This document shows positions 1 to 14,196 of a DNA stretch of 64,000 nt, one piece after another. Where the stretch lies: assembly GCA_965285935.1 (NCBI GenBank), contig OZ260666.1, forward strand, positions 3,596,001 to 3,660,000. The letters run 5' to 3'. The translations under genes were made by a program, and so were the position numbers. Numbering within the stretch: position 1 is the first letter of the stretch; every line of letters begins with the position of its first letter. The DNA comes from Ophelia neglecta. Lineage: Eukaryota. Below the pieces are notes generated by a model. That model saw only the letters and a list, made by a program, of their open reading frames with translations, was not told where the DNA came from and did no database searches.

Positions 1-680
1 GGAATGTCGGATATTTCATACAGAAATGTTGGACATTTCATACAGGAGTTTTGATGAATTCTGGTCTGGTTATATTGAAGCGCCGAGGCACGCGGAAGCT
101 AGTGTCAACAATCTATAGACACTTTGCCAATCCCATAGGAAATAGCTTGGTGACAACACAAGCCGACCACTGTCTACGATATATTAGGTTAATCCACCTT
201 CTAATTGTCGCTTTCCATTTACCATAGGCCAGTAGCAATAAGCGTGCAGCTATGCCTCTGCTATCTACATGAAATGTAATAAATGCAAAAAATGCTCTCC
301 TCCAGGTAACACGTCCAGGCACTAGTCTCGGGTAGGCGATAATGATTAATGGAGATATCTTCCCGATACGATAATAGGTTTTTCCACATCACAAAGTGCG
401 TGGGTTCGTTGTCGCGGACGTATGCTATAGGATAAAAATATATGTCATAAGCTACGAGGGTGTTAGAAAGTGTTTCCTAAATGCAGAGAGAAGTAAGTTA
501 AATTTTTATACAGTACAGTACACATTATCATATACCTATTGTAAACTTTGTTGTATGACATACTTGTTAATGTGTTGAGTGATATTGTCCATATTTAGCT
601 TATTTGTTTGCTAGTTTCTGCTAGTCATTATATAACAGATCATGCTGCCTAGGGAACTTGTACCCTTAAAAGTTCCCGCC
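1..680. repeat. Inverted dispersed copy of ~31530-32230, plus the 21-bp satellite units at 1-50
   Basis: 120-210 (actttgccaa...tcccataggaaatagcttg...) is the reverse complement of ~32050-32150. 641-672 (catgctgcctagggaac...) is the reverse complement of ~31530-31565. 1-50 is the reverse complement of the aacattcctgtatgaaatgt unit. Confidence 0.85.
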
Positions 681-1334
681 GATTATATTTATTTAGCAAG
701 TGGTGGCATGTTGAAAAATAGGCTCAGACTCAGGAATGAAAGTTTTTTCATTTACCAATCATGTTTTTTACGTACTGGGTAAATTTCACCATTACAATTT
801 TCTTTTTATACTCTTGTGGACCTTCTACCCACGTTTATCAGAATACTGATGATGCTATACATGTCAAGGCCGAGACGCCCTGACTTAAAGATAATAATAT
901 GATGTATGTGGCTTAAACAATTCCTGATTCATCTCCCTTCACGTCATGGAAAAAACCAGCAACATCAACGTAACTGTTTGAGTGTTTGAGGGAGCCTCGT
1001 GTCTATAATGTTTATGTTATAGCTAACAAAGTGTGCTTGTTGATAATAAAAAAAGAGCATGTATAATATATTGCTATGATATATAATGTGTTAATTGTAT
1101 TGCTAGTATTTTTGTAAAGAATGATATTAAACAAATATCGCCTACAAGGCTCACGGTGAATAATGAGCGCCTTGGATTACAGTCATGCTTCCGGTTACTG
1201 ACCTTTTCTCTGTGATTATAAACAAATTACAGTAGTCCCTGATTACAAACAAGTTACAGATCCCTCTGATTAACACAGTTTACCAACAAAGCTTATTCCT
1301 ATTTTTCAGGACATCTATCAATAAGTTGTCTATA

Positions 1335-4300
1335 ATGAAGCATATGAATATCATACTAATATTATTAACCTGCCAGAATATTTATGCGCTGGCCAGACAA
1401 CCTGGAGGTAAGTAGAAAAATTATATAATTTGTAGATTGTAATGAGAATTAGACAAAAACGTGTTCCAATAAGTGAGTCATTCGGCAAAACATACTAGTA
1501 GCGTTAGGTTTAGGAAAAATATGTAATATGCCAAAGGAAAGCTTTGGCTCTCCCATTGAGATTTTAGATGAGTTTTTCCTTACAAAACCAAAAACGGTAT
1601 AAAATGTCCTAGCACTCTACAGAGGAAAGTGGGAATATATCAAGTATATTATGATGCCGATAAACATAATTTATAGCTGTATGTTAGGTGCTCACAAAAT
1701 ACTTCTGGGGAACTGGAAGTGATGAACATTGCTGCTTTCATTGCAAGATATGTCTGATTTTATAGTGTTGCATATAGGTTATTAAATATCATACTGCCAC
1801 TGACTCGTGTCGCCACATCATCTTGTGTCCGCCTTTGGCCGTAAAGACTATTTCACCCTGTATTGTTTGGTTTAGAGAATGTATTAATTTGGTCCTTTTA
1901 AAATGAAAGTAGTTGACTACCTTTTCTTATGACATTTGTCAGCCGCCTATTGATTAAAGCGGCTAATTTAAAACAAAAAATATCGGAAGATAGTGTTTCG
2001 GAGACTTGCCGTATAAATACTACCTCGAATTATTACTCAGTAAATTAGGTTAAACTTACCAGTTGATAATTGCATAAAAACTGGATTGTTAGCAAACACG
2101 TAACTTTAATGATTTTCTCACCTACTCGCTTAGAAGCACATACCAGAGTATACACTGGAAACAACGCCAGTCTGTTATGGAGGCTGCCTGAAGCAAATAT
2201 ACAACCTGTCAAATGTTACTTCAACACAGAAACTAGTATATTTACAATCAAGGATTCCAATGTAATATACAAGGGTGGCAACGTCTTCAAGGAGAGAATG
2301 AACGGCACACTGACGAACAACACTTTTGAGATAACCTTGGTGAATGTCACCATAGAAGACGCTGGGACTTATATCTGCCGTAAAACGAACTATACCGTGA
2401 CAAAGAAACTACGTGTCTCGCGTAAGATATGGTATTGTTAATGTTTCTGTAAAGCATTTTAACATCTGTTTGTCTGGGGTAAGAGATGAAATTGTTAATG
2501 TTGAATATTGCTAAATACCATTATTAAACTAGAATACTTGTTCATTGAGGTAAGATATATTACTGATAATGTATCAGTATATCAATTTAACACCTGCTCT
2601 CCAATTTTTCATTGTTTTCCGATTTTACCTACTTAATATAATAATGTTTCGTCATGTGAAAATAGCTGTCAACTTTGAACTTATTCAAAGGATGAAAACC
2701 CGAAGCCTTTTTTGGAACTCAATGTTAAATGTCAAAGTGGCCATGGAGTCTAACTTACTGAAAAATTACTATCCATCTGTCCTATTTTGAACACATAGTT
2801 TTTTTTTTTGATGTGGCTTTCACTATACACAACACTTAACTACATTTTATTGCTAGTGATATCAACTTTATATTTGCATATTTGTATTTGCACGTACTTA
2901 TTTTGTTTGGTAGCTGGGGATTGATGTATGTTGGCCTGAAGCGGCTGGTACAAGATGATTTCAGGCCTATTGAATGGACTCTTCTTGAATTGAATAGTGA
3001 TGTAGCTTTGTCTACCGCATAACCACTTCTGTTTCTTACTCTCCTCTTCCATACTACTTGATATTAAGACAGTTTCTCCGTGGTGCTTGTTTTTCGTGGT
3101 TACACACTGGAACAGGCACATGCGCTGTATTTTAATATATTTTTGTTCATATAGGACCGACCGTTCGTTTACCGGATAAGAAGTTAGCCTCGTCAACTCA
3201 GTCCCCATTGGCTTTCTTCGCAATGATTCAATTAATCATAATACCTGTTATAGGAGTCCCCCTAACATTGGGCTGCTGTCTGTGTAAGTCTCTATCTTTT
3301 TATTGATTGACGAATTTAAAAAGCCAGAATTGTAATCTTTGCCATCGGCCATAACGCTTATTCATGGATGATAAATTGAGATATTTAACCCATACTAAAC
3401 TATACTTTCACAGTGAATCTAATTCAGTCAAGGCAGAAGACTATTGATTCGTCAAAATCGTCATGCTTTGCATTATAATGACAACTTCGGATAATTCTGA
3501 AACTTTGAAATAATAATCACCTTATTTTTCTGCCCTTTAGAACTGCAATAAAAAAAAGTGAAAAGTGTATATTTAATTTATCCCTATCTCTTACATGTAT
3601 AAGTAAAGAGTATAAGCCAGACTAAGCATATTTCACACTACTTGCCACATTAAAACAAATCATACCTCTCTAGAAAGCATGATGATGCCTAAAGTTTATT
3701 TGCCCAATTTTGTTTCTTTCTAAAGTAGACTAACATTGCAACATATAAACATTTAGCAGTTTTTATTTTTGAACATTAATTCATACATTGGATGACATCT
3801 TGTGTTTGCTCGAATAATTTTTTGTGTGGAAAACAGATAAATCGAATGAATATGACGAGCAGAGCCGAACCATAAACCAAGACGTTGAAGTTGGGGACAC
3901 TCGACAGCCACTACCTGGTAACAGAATTAAACATAAATGTCAAATTAACATTAACAGTTATATGGACGAGAAGGATACATTTTATCGCTAATGCCTGATT
4001 TAATATAATTGTGGGCTACGAGATTCGTCATTGTGAAGGTGCAGTCGGAAGAGCGTTACACATATTACATACCGTTACAATAGATTACCTTTTATCACAT
4101 ACTTTCCAAATGAATGGTGTTTCCCCTAGCCAGTAATGAAAGCAGCATGATATTAAGAAAGGAAGCGATATCGGAGGGGGGGGGGGAGTTTTGCCACTTG
4201 CCATAACGCTAATTGGTGGGTGATAATTAAGCCCATGCTAAGCTATACTTTCACATTGAACTAATTCAGGTAAGATAGAAGACCACTGATAAGTCGTCAA

Positions 4301-6511
4301 GTTTGGTATTATATGGAATGTTCCGAAACTTTGAAGGATTAATCATCTTATTTTCTTGCTCTTAAACACTGCAATAAAATACGGTGAAAGTGTATATTCC
4401 CCCTTTCTTACGTGTATAAGTTAAGAATATAAGCCAGATTGATTTCATACTACTTGCCACATTTTAGAAATTCATATCTCTCTTGAAAGCCCGATGACCC
4501 CCCCCCCCCCTAACATCTATTGGCCTATTATTTTCTTTTATAGAGTAGGCAAAGTATAAAGATCTTGTTTATTTCGCTTTTGAGCAGTCTTCTACATTAA
4601 TACCATCCCTGAATGACATCTTGCGTTCCTACGAATAATTTTTGCTTATGGAAAACAGGTAATTTGAAAGGTGTTACCGAAGGAACCACTTCAAAGGATG
4701 AATCTGACGAGCGGAGCCAAACCATAAACCAATGTGTAGAAGATGGGGAAAACCGACACGCACTAACACGTATTAAAATAAAACATAAGAGTAACATTAA
4801 TATTATCTGTAATATAGAGGAGAAGGATCCTTTTTAGCAAATGAAAACTTGTTTATGCCTAATGATCTAATTTAATATACATTGGGCTACCTTAATGTAA
4901 AATACACAAATCCTTTCATATTTTGACCCTTTATAGAAGGTAGCATGGCCATGGACTGCAGAAGCGACATAATCAGTCAACACGTATATGAAGATTTGCC
5001 GAACCTATATCAACCACCCTGTCTTGTGGAAAGAGCAAACAGATCAGGTAAATTTAAAGCGGAACTTTTAATAAATGTACGCCACATTTCTAGTCCAAAT
5101 AGATAAAACTAAACGCAACTACAATGATCCCAAACTTCATGCAGAAGAAGGGCGTATGTAATAAGTAGCTTGGTTTATAAGTATACAAGATAAATAAAAG
5201 GAAGTACGCAATCCCTAATACTACATTTACAGTTCGTTATTCTCCACTCATTTAATCGCTCCTAATCTAGTATATTTTACATTTGGGATATCAAAGAAAT
5301 AGAGTGGAACAATTAAATGAAATGATTTCAGAATATTAGCCACATATTCGATCTCTTCCATTTTATCACTCATCTGATTTCATATTACAGAATATACGTT
5401 TATATTACTATATACCAAGGTATACCAATAGGCTTTAGACTGGGCCGAATCAGCGAACACATCACAGAGTCCGACGAGTTACGGATCCAGGAACCCCACC
5501 CTCGACCTGTGAATGGGGCAAGTGACAAAGGTAAACCATTCGACACGGAAGGCTAACGCAAATTAAAAATAATAGTCGTTAATGTCTAAACTTGAAACAA
5601 TTAAATAAAACCCGCCACACTGTCCATCGATGGGATGCCCAAAGAACATATGTTATAAAATATTTAAGACGTAACAAATATAGACATGCATTATATATAC
5701 TTATTTCTAAGTACAACTTAGCATCAAAACAGAAGGTAAATCTGACATGATTCCGACACTTACCAGGACAAATTAAAACCCAATGGATTATAATCGATGA
5801 CTATCCTCACTAGTCCACGGGAAACGAATATATGTTATTTTTATGCTTATTTTTATAAGCTTTTAGTATTTTACAAAGTAATAAGAAAGAAATCGGAAAA
5901 TAATAATCAATTATTTTACCCGTAGTAGAATGCAGCATGGCCATGGACTGCAGAAGCAACCCAATCAGTCAACACTTGTATGAAGAGTTGCCGGACTTGG
6001 ATATGGCTCTTATAGAAAGGGCAAGCAAAACAGGTAAACTGTTAAACATAAACATCCAGTTGGAAGGAAACAACGCCACATTTGTGAGGAGAATTCTTCT
6101 ATCGTCTTATACAAGTCTTCTCAAACCAGCGGCGGAACTATTACAAAGAACTGGTTAACAGGATTTTTTCTAGTATCTACACTATATTAACACAATTCTA
6201 GTTTCAACACTACTAAATGCGACTGTATTAGAGACACAGTAACTTTAAGTTACCAAAACTTATAAATTATTTCACACTATATGTATAATTGATTCAATAA
6301 CAAATATAGTATATAGTACTTTGTTGAAAGTTCTTTATTCGCCACTCATTTTACCGCACAAACTAGTGGGTTTCTACATTTGGGGTTTCCCAAAGATAGT
6401 TAGAAAGTAATATAAAGTAAAACAATACAACGTCAAAATAGTTACAGCATTTTCATTGTTTCTTCTCCATGTTTAACCCCTCTCAAGTTTCTTAATACAG
6501 ATAACATATAA
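1335..6511 (+). CDS. Gene A: single Ig V-like domain type-I membrane receptor with Tyr-motif cytoplasmic tail (~335 aa)
   Basis: Manual model, all introns phase-1 GT-AG: 1335-1407 signal peptide (MKHMNIILILLTCQNIYALA); 2134-2421 Ig; 3155-3283 TM (LAFFAMIQLIIIPVIGVPLTLGCCL); cytoplasmic exons 3837-3917, 4659-4769, 4937-5047 (HVYEDL), 5432-5530, 5929-6033 (HLYEEL), 6501-6511 (DNI*). The joined frame is open. Confidence 0.75.
2134..2421 (+). CDS. Gene A Ig V-like exon
   Basis: GNNASLLWRLP...VKCYF...FEITLVNVTIEDAGTYIC with V-set DxGxYxC; tag acceptor at 2131-2133, gtaaga donor at 2422. Confidence 0.85.
3339..4900 (+). repeat. Tandem duplication (~850-bp period) of intron plus cytoplasmic exon within gene A
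   Basis: ttgcca..gccataacgct starts at 3339 and 4191; both copies contain paralogous exons (DEQSRTINQ / DERSQTINQ). Confidence 0.8.
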
Positions 6512-7946
6512 ATGTTAATACGTGGATCGATCCTAATTCTCCAGTAAGCAGTTGGCCAAAATGTATATCATGTGCTATGGCTTTTTCATACCCACATTAA
6601 CATATTTGGGGGCAGTAGTATATTCACTGAACATTTATATCCATTCAAGAAAAAAGAAAGTGAAAGCTGAGATTTCAAAGAAAAGTATTACAAAGTTAAA
6701 TTTCAAGTTATACATATTTCAACACCCTTGGATTCTTTGGCATGATGTTTGGATTCGTGTCTGTAACACATAAGGTGTACCAGAGTGCCAAAAATGCAAG
6801 TGATGAAAATTGAGAAAAGACAAATTATGAATCTGGAATAATGAATAAAACCCAATCCTACTGCTGATGTACACACTCCGGTAAAAAATTGTGCAAAGTG
6901 AATTTCTTCCATCATGAACATACTCCATAGCCAAATTATTTTCTTTTCCTATAGCATTGACTTCCGAAGATGAAGTGACCACACGTTGAAAAACATGACC
7001 AGTAGAACCTGGCGTAATAAAACGGTCCGGCGCATTCCACGCTAATTTGTCGGCACAGGCATTCATTGCGATGAAATCCTGAATAGGATTCTGGTTCAAA
7101 TTGTAATTCTGATTTCCATCTCGACGACATTCACCAACAATGGAGTTGCAGCTTTGTTTCTCCAGTGCATTATTTAGTGGAAAAAGAGTTTGCATTGTAT
7201 AAAAAAGCTGTAAAATTGTCTTCTTGATAAGTGCTTAGGTATATGTAAACAATAATATTACAATTCTTAGATAGCGCCATAATTTCTCTGTTGTGTGTGC
7301 ATCTTGTATTAATTAACTCTTATATCATAGCTAGGTTATCTTTATGTCATTGGAACAACAATCAAAAACAAGTCATTCGATTTATCACTAGCAAGCAGTC
7401 GAGTTTATATTCGTATGTATATACACTGAAAAGAACCGCCTTCATGTCCTAAAGATACTTCTTTTAATTCATATTGTACGTTAGAATTAATCGATATTAA
7501 AATATTAATCGAAGCATTGTGTATAAATCATTTTTGTAGTGTACTCTTATTTGATGATTCTTTAAATTGGCACTTTGCACTATACCAGTTACATTAGCGT
7601 CTTCAAACAATGTTTGTTTATTATGAATTAATAAAAGTAAGGCACTTACTTTTGATATACTTTTGATATAGATGTTCTAAATCATTCTAACAAGGCTGCA
7701 CAGTCAGGGCAAAGTTGGCTAATGTGTTCAGGGTTAAGGGTACGGTTGATTGGTTGATTGTTTATTATAGTGACATAGTGTATACATCTATAAGCATAGA
7801 AAGTAAACCCTAAACAAACCAATTACACCCAGCCCTACTGGGCTTATTACAGGTTATAAGTCACCTGCAAATATGACATTTCATAAAAGGCAAAAAGCTA
7901 AGTTCATGGCAAGACCTAGCACAGCCTCTCAAAAGCACATCTTTAT
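6034..7946 (+). repeat. Segment duplicated at 12401-14196 (last intron, terminal coding exon and 3' region of gene A)
   Basis: Both start gtaaactgtt.aacataaacatccagtt and end agcacagcctctcaaaa...catctttat; nearly identical over ~7080-7946. Confidence 0.9.
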
Positions 7947-9308
7947 ACAAGTCTAAAACCACTTTCCCTTATCATTACTTGATTAATGTTCACAAATTTA
8001 CTGTATGAGTACTATACCGGTCGTACAGTTTTGTTAAACTTGTACGGCCTGCGGCAGACGTGTGTAGAGACAGGAAAATCGTGTCATTTGCAATGCGTTT
8101 GGGAGGTCCACCGTTATATAGAAGCCGGACTATTGGACAAATTAAATGAAAAATTACCAGGGGGGGTTAAAATTAGATGGCCTGCCGCCTGTTTACATTT
8201 ACAGTGATCCCCGTGTTAGTGAGCAGTGTTTGTGATGTACAAATTGACTTGTTCACAACGCTTTTCTTTCTAAACACACAGCTTTAGGGGTCGTACATTA
8301 CATGAATAATATGTAGGGAAACTAAAAGCGGTAGCTCTGGACCCCATCAATGGTGACTTAACATGAATCCCTAGTCACGGGAAAAGTAGAATAATCCCAG
8401 GTCAAAGTGAAGAAAATCAGTGATTTCCAACGACAGTCAAATCTTGAAGTTCTTGTTGGCAATAGCATTTACTTAATTCACTCTTTGCTCAGTTTTAATA
8501 TTAGAAAAAAAAATAATCAAGATTGAAAGTTTTTGTTTGCACATTGATGCATGATAGCAGATTTTAATGTTCAGAATGTTAATAGGGGTTATTTCATATT
8601 TTGGTTCCCGGTCCGCTCAGTTCGTTCATGTGATACAGATAGATAGTTCAGTATGGTGTGTTATGACAATGCCTATTACTACATTGACTAAATTAGAAGT
8701 CGTTTAATCGGACAATAGACCTACATTCGCGCCCGGTGCTTAAATGAAATGGATCATCATAGCCCGAGTCTATACAATCAACACTTCAATTGCAATTGCT
8801 TTCAGATCTGGCAGATTTTGAAATGCACAGTTAGCTGGGCATGTTTAATACACTGCAAGACTAACACGCCTAGTGACCCAACTGTTTTAAGTTGGCATCT
8901 GGAGATGTGATGAAGACCTTGCCCAATGATGGCACGTAGTGTTTAGAATTTCAAACACGGCTGGTTATTCAATCAAAATGCCCGTGTCTCAATGCGCATT
9001 ACTTTTATTTTAAGTCATACGTACGTTGTATACGCAGAAGTTCTACGGGCCTAGATTTTATGATCAGACAGTGTAAGCGAACTATATACAGCCTGCCAGA
9101 GCGGCCTAAGCTTCTGCGGTATGATCCACACTTATAATAAATAATTAAAATGTTTCGTTCATATCCGACTTTTCGATCTGTCATGTTTTTAACTACTTTC
9201 CTAACCGTGCGACCGGAGCTGTGTAACACGGATAGGCGCGGGTTCTCAGTGAACACGGGATACTTTTAGCACGGTCCATGTTCAATTCACACGTACGGAC
9301 AAGGACTT

Positions 9309-11390
9309 TTGTACAGGACAAATACAAAAGTAATATTGCCAATGCTATATCTATATGAAACATTGTTTAACAGAATACTTAACACGGGTGTAATCCCAAG
9401 TATCTGGTCAGATGGCCTTATTGTTCCAATTTTTTTTAAAGGTAGTAGCAAAGATGCTAACAACTATAGAGGTATAACACTACTGTCTTGTGTTGTCATA
9501 TACATTTGTAGAGGATAATAGGTTAATAAATGAGAACCAGGCCGGGTTTAGAAAAGGTTATAGCACTAATGATCATGTCTTTGTTCTAAACTGTGTCCTT
9601 GAAAAATTTCTTTCACAAGGAGAAATATTGTATTGCGCATTCATAGATTATCAGAAAGCTTTCGACACTGTGTAGAGAGGAGGCATGTGGTTTAAATTGG
9701 ACTCCCAGGGTATTTGTACTGATACCAAAATCATTAAAGTTATCAGAAATATGTATAACAATGTCAAATCATGTGTATTAGTTAATGGATATAAGTCTGA
9801 GTATTTTTTCAATCTGGTGGGTTTAAGACAAGGAGAAAATTTGTCCCTCTACTCTTTTCTATTTATCTTAATGACGTAGAGCAATATTTGATTAACTCTG
9901 GTAACTCTGGTGTAAACTTCGACCCTCAAGGTTTAATTAGGTTGCTTGTATTGATGTATGCTGACGACACAGCTGTCCTGGCTGATACACAAGGTAAGCT
10001 TCAGATAGGTTTAAATGTCTTAGACAATTATTGTAAAAAGTGGAATTTGACTGTAAATATACAAAAAACCAAAGTGGTCGTATAAAGCAAAAAAAAAAAA
10101 AATTACACTTCTTTTATCAAAAAGAAGAACTAGAAAATGTATACGAATTTAAATATTACTAGGCATTATTATTATATTCAACGGAAGGTTTGATGCTTTC
10201 AAGAAACATTTAATAGAACAAGCCCGTAAAGCCACAATGCAATTGTTAAATAGAGCCAATGCCCTGTCTATACCAATAGATATGTTATGTGATCTATATG
10301 ATAAAATTGTACTGACAATATTAACATACGGTTGTGAAGTATGGGGTTATGATAACAATGATGTCATTGAGGCTGAACACCTACGATTATGTAAATACAT
10401 ACTAAAGGTCAGGCGCTCCACCTGTAATAGCATGGTATGTTGGGAACTAGGAAGGTATTCCTTGGATATTGTAATTAAATCCAGAATTGTGGGTTTCTAG
10501 GGTCGTATTGTACAAGGTAAAGAGAGCAAATTGAGCCATCAGACGCGTTACTATTTATTCAACAAGTTCATTGAAGGTACTCGGCCAGGTCATTGGCTAC
10601 AGTGCTAAAAGAAAATACTTGATGACACTGGTAAAAGTATGTTTTTTTTTAGCTTTAATATTGATTTTAACCCTGTGTGGTTGAATTTAAGGGTAAAGAG
10701 AACCTTGTCAGATCAGTTTGAGCAAAAGTGGCATGCAGATGTCCTCTCACTACCAGTCTGTAACACATATAGAGTCTTTAAATCACAGTTTAAGATGTCA
10801 GAATATTTATGTAGTACCTCTGCAGATTGGGCAACTCATCTATTTAAATTTCGAGTCATTAACCATACTTTGCCTATTGAAACAGAGAGACAGAAAGCAT
10901 TTGTTGTTCCAAGAAATGAAAGATTATGCACATTCTGTAACTGCATGAAAATTGGTGATGAATTCCATGTACTACCTGAGTGTGAGAGTGCTAAAGTCAA
11001 GACACTTAGAGAAAGGTATCTCCCTAAATATTATTATGAACAATCAAATATGTTCAAACTCGGTTTATTGATACAAAAGGGAGATCTACAAACAAGGCTT
11101 GCAATATTTATTAAAAAAGCTTTTTTTACTAAATCATCTTATGGCTGATCATGGCACTTGTGGCAACTTTATAAAACTGGTCAATTATTCTGCATACGAA
11201 TGAGTGACATATAAAATTTTCTGAATTGCACTGTATACTACTGGGTAACATAAAACTTGTGAACTATTCTGTATATGTAAATGTGCTATTTTATACTGCC
11301 CTGTACACATCTTACGCGCTATGCATTATTATGTATTATGTATCTCTGTCTCCATGGCTCATATGAGTCCTTGAGAAATAAACAATCAAC
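9309..11390 (+). mobile_element. 5'-truncated, decayed non-LTR retrotransposon (LINE) ORF2: RT plus C-terminal Cys/His finger
   Basis: Fragmented ORFs with NNYRGITLLS, QAGFRKG, FIDYQKAFD, GLRQGENLS, LMYADD (9957), ELGRYSL and RLCTFC..IGDEFH; many stops and frameshifts; AATAAA near 11377. Clade (CR1/RTE-X/Proto2-like) not resolvable by eye. Confidence 0.92.
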
Positions 11391-12267
11391 ATAACGGGCA
11401 CTTCACATCAAACAATATATTGTATATATAAAGGTAGTCTAGTTGCCGTTACAAAAGCGTTCGTTAGATAAAGTTATGTTCTAAAATAAGTAGAGTATAT
11501 ATAGCTATAATAACGGTGTTTAAGACATCAAGCTGAACTATGATTGGGTCGGGGCTGCACTGTGGCGCCGCGCCGCGTCGACATAGCATCAGCCCCGACA
11601 TTCTCAATTCAGCCCCGTCTGCAAATACTAATAATTGATGATAATCGGTGACATAACTGTGTCAACCATCATTAGAACTTGTGGTGTACACGGACAAGCC
11701 TTCCACTGCTGAGGCCGCATGCTTGCACGGGAAATAATAATGGGATGGCTGAGAATTACCTCAACAATATACATTTTTATACGTATTCTCAATATAATCA
11801 TCACATTGGTTGAGCAGTCACAGTTCTTGTTTTGCCTGTTATTCTGTGCATAGAATTATTTTACCCCAAAGCCTAGGTATCTGGTAAACCACAGCCAATA
11901 GAATGGACCTGAGGAACTAAAGGAAACTGTTAACTTCCAAACTGGCATTTTCAAAACAGTTTTCTAGATGCTGCCAAATAAGCTATCAAAGATGTTCTAG
12001 CACTTGTCTACTTTTAAATATTATATATTATTGGATGAAAGGGAACCCTTGAATATGGCTTTGCCTCACAACGCATAATATAACATACGAAAGTCGTTAA
12101 TAAACTGGTCGGACTTGCTGTCTGAGGCGGTTGTACTCGAAAGCATTGGCAGTTTGGAGCCACACGAGAAAACTATATACATTTCATATAACTTCTGGGG
12201 TGTCTTTGATAAGAACCATTAACTATAACTTACTAAAAAATATTACTAGAACATTTCATATAACATA

Positions 12268-12395
12268 CAGTGAAACCTGCCTTAAATACCTCCTCTATCA
12301 TCAGACGACCTGTAAATTAAGACCTGTATGCTTTCAATGTTAAAAATCTTTCTAGACCAACCACCTTAGAAATCAGACCAGCTTTCTTCAGTCGG
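12268..12395. mobile_element. Possible truncated Tc1/pogo-type MITE end
   Basis: ta|cagtgaaacctg start with internal gacc subrepeats; the right end is replaced by the duplicated block starting at 12401. Confidence 0.35.
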
Positions 12396-12400
12396 TACCG

Positions 12401-14196
12401 GTAAACTGTTTAACATAAACATCCAGTTTGAATTAAACAACGCCACAATTGTGAGGAGAATTACTCTATCATCTTATGTTGAACATTCTTTATTCGCCAC
12501 TCATTTTACCCCACAAACTAGTGGATTTTACATTGTAGGTGTCAGAAAGATAGTTAGAAAGCATTGAAAGCAAAAAGATACACCGTCAAAATAGTTACAG
12601 CATTTTCGTTTTCTCTTTTCCATGTTTAACCCCTCTCTAGTTTCTTAATACAGATAACATATAAATGTAAATTTTTGGATCAATCCTAATTCTCCAGTAA
12701 GCAGTTGGCCAAAAAGTATATCATGTGCTAAGGCCATTTTCATACCCACATTTACACATTTGGGCATTGGTATATTCACTGGACACGTCTATTAAAAAAA
12801 AATATGAAAAAAATTTGGAAGTTGAGAATTCAAAGAAAAAAATTAATACCAAGTTAATTTCAAGTTATATATATTTCAACATCCTTGGATTTTCGGATGA
12901 TTTTTGAGCTCGTGCCTGTGACACGTTTCTGGATTTTTACATTAGTTGTACCAGAGTGGCAAAAAACGTAAGCGATAAAAATAGAGAAAAATCAAATCTT
13001 GAATCTGGAATAATGCATGAAACCTAATCTCTTCAGGAACTACAGCTGATATACACACTGCCGTGTTGTTAAAATTGATGACTGCTGGCAATGCTCAAAG
13101 TGAATTTCTTCCATCATGAACCTATTATATAGCCAAATTGTTTTCTTTTCCTATAGCATTGACTTCTGGAGATGAAGTGACCAGCCACCCACTGAAATAC
13201 ATGAAGAGTAAAACCTGGCGTAATATAAAGGTCCCGCCCATTCTACGCTAACTTATCGGCACTAGCCATCATTGCGATGAAATCCAGAATAGGATTCTGG
13301 TTCAAATTGTAATTCTGATTGCCATCTCGACGACATTCACCAACAATGGAGTTGCAGCTTTGTTTCTCCAGTGCATTATTTAGTGGAAAAGGAGTTTGCA
13401 TTGTATAAGAAAGCTGTAAAATTGTCTTCTTGATAAGTGATTAGGTATATGTAAACAATAAAATTACAATTCTTAGACAGCGCCATAATTTCTCTGTTGT
13501 GTGTGCATCTTGTATTAATTAACTCTTATATCATAGCTAGGTTATCTTTATGTCATTGGGACAACAATCAAAAGTAAGTCATTTGATTTATTACTAGCAA
13601 GCAGTCGAGTTTATATTCGTATGTATATACACTGAAAAGAAACGACTTCATATCCTAAAGATACTTCTTTTAATTCATATTGTACGTTAGAATTAATCGA
13701 TATTAAAATATTAATCGAAGCAGAGAAGGCATTGTGTATAAATCATTTTTGTAGTGTACTCTTATTTGATGATTCTTTAAATTGGCACTTTGCACTATAC
13801 CAATAAAAGTTGCATTAGCGTCTTCAAACAATGTTTGTTTATTATGAATTCAAGACCTCTGATAGATGTTATAGCCAATCGATGTATTTTAATAAAAGTA
13901 AGGCACTTACTTTTGATATAGATGATCTAAATCATTCTAACAAGGCTGCACAGTTAGGGCAAAGTTGGCTAATGTGTTCAGGGTTAAGGGTACGGTTGGT
14001 TGGTTGATTGTTTATTATAGTGACATAGTGTATACATCTATAAGCATAGAAAGTAAACCCTAAACAAACCAATTACACCCAGCCCTACTGGGCTTATTAC
14101 AAGTTATAAGTCACCGGCAAATATGACATTTCATAAAAGGCAAAAAGCTTAGTTCATGGCACAACCTAGCACAGCCTCTCAAAAACCCATCTTTAT
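12401..14196 (+). repeat. Second copy of 6034-7946, with a ~210-bp internal deletion; retains the DNI* terminal exon (12654-12664)
   Basis: Direct sequence match; cttaatacag|ataacatataa is preserved. Confidence 0.9.

Noticed and set aside
4937-6033. ITAM in gene A
   Set aside because: The two YxxL motifs are about 70 residues apart (about 37 if the middle exon is skipped), not 6-12.
6703-7195. Minus-strand ORFs (158 aa and others) in the duplicated block
   Set aside because: No recognisable domain, and the frames are broken by stops/indels in the second copy; possibly a decayed gene or transposon, but not supportable.
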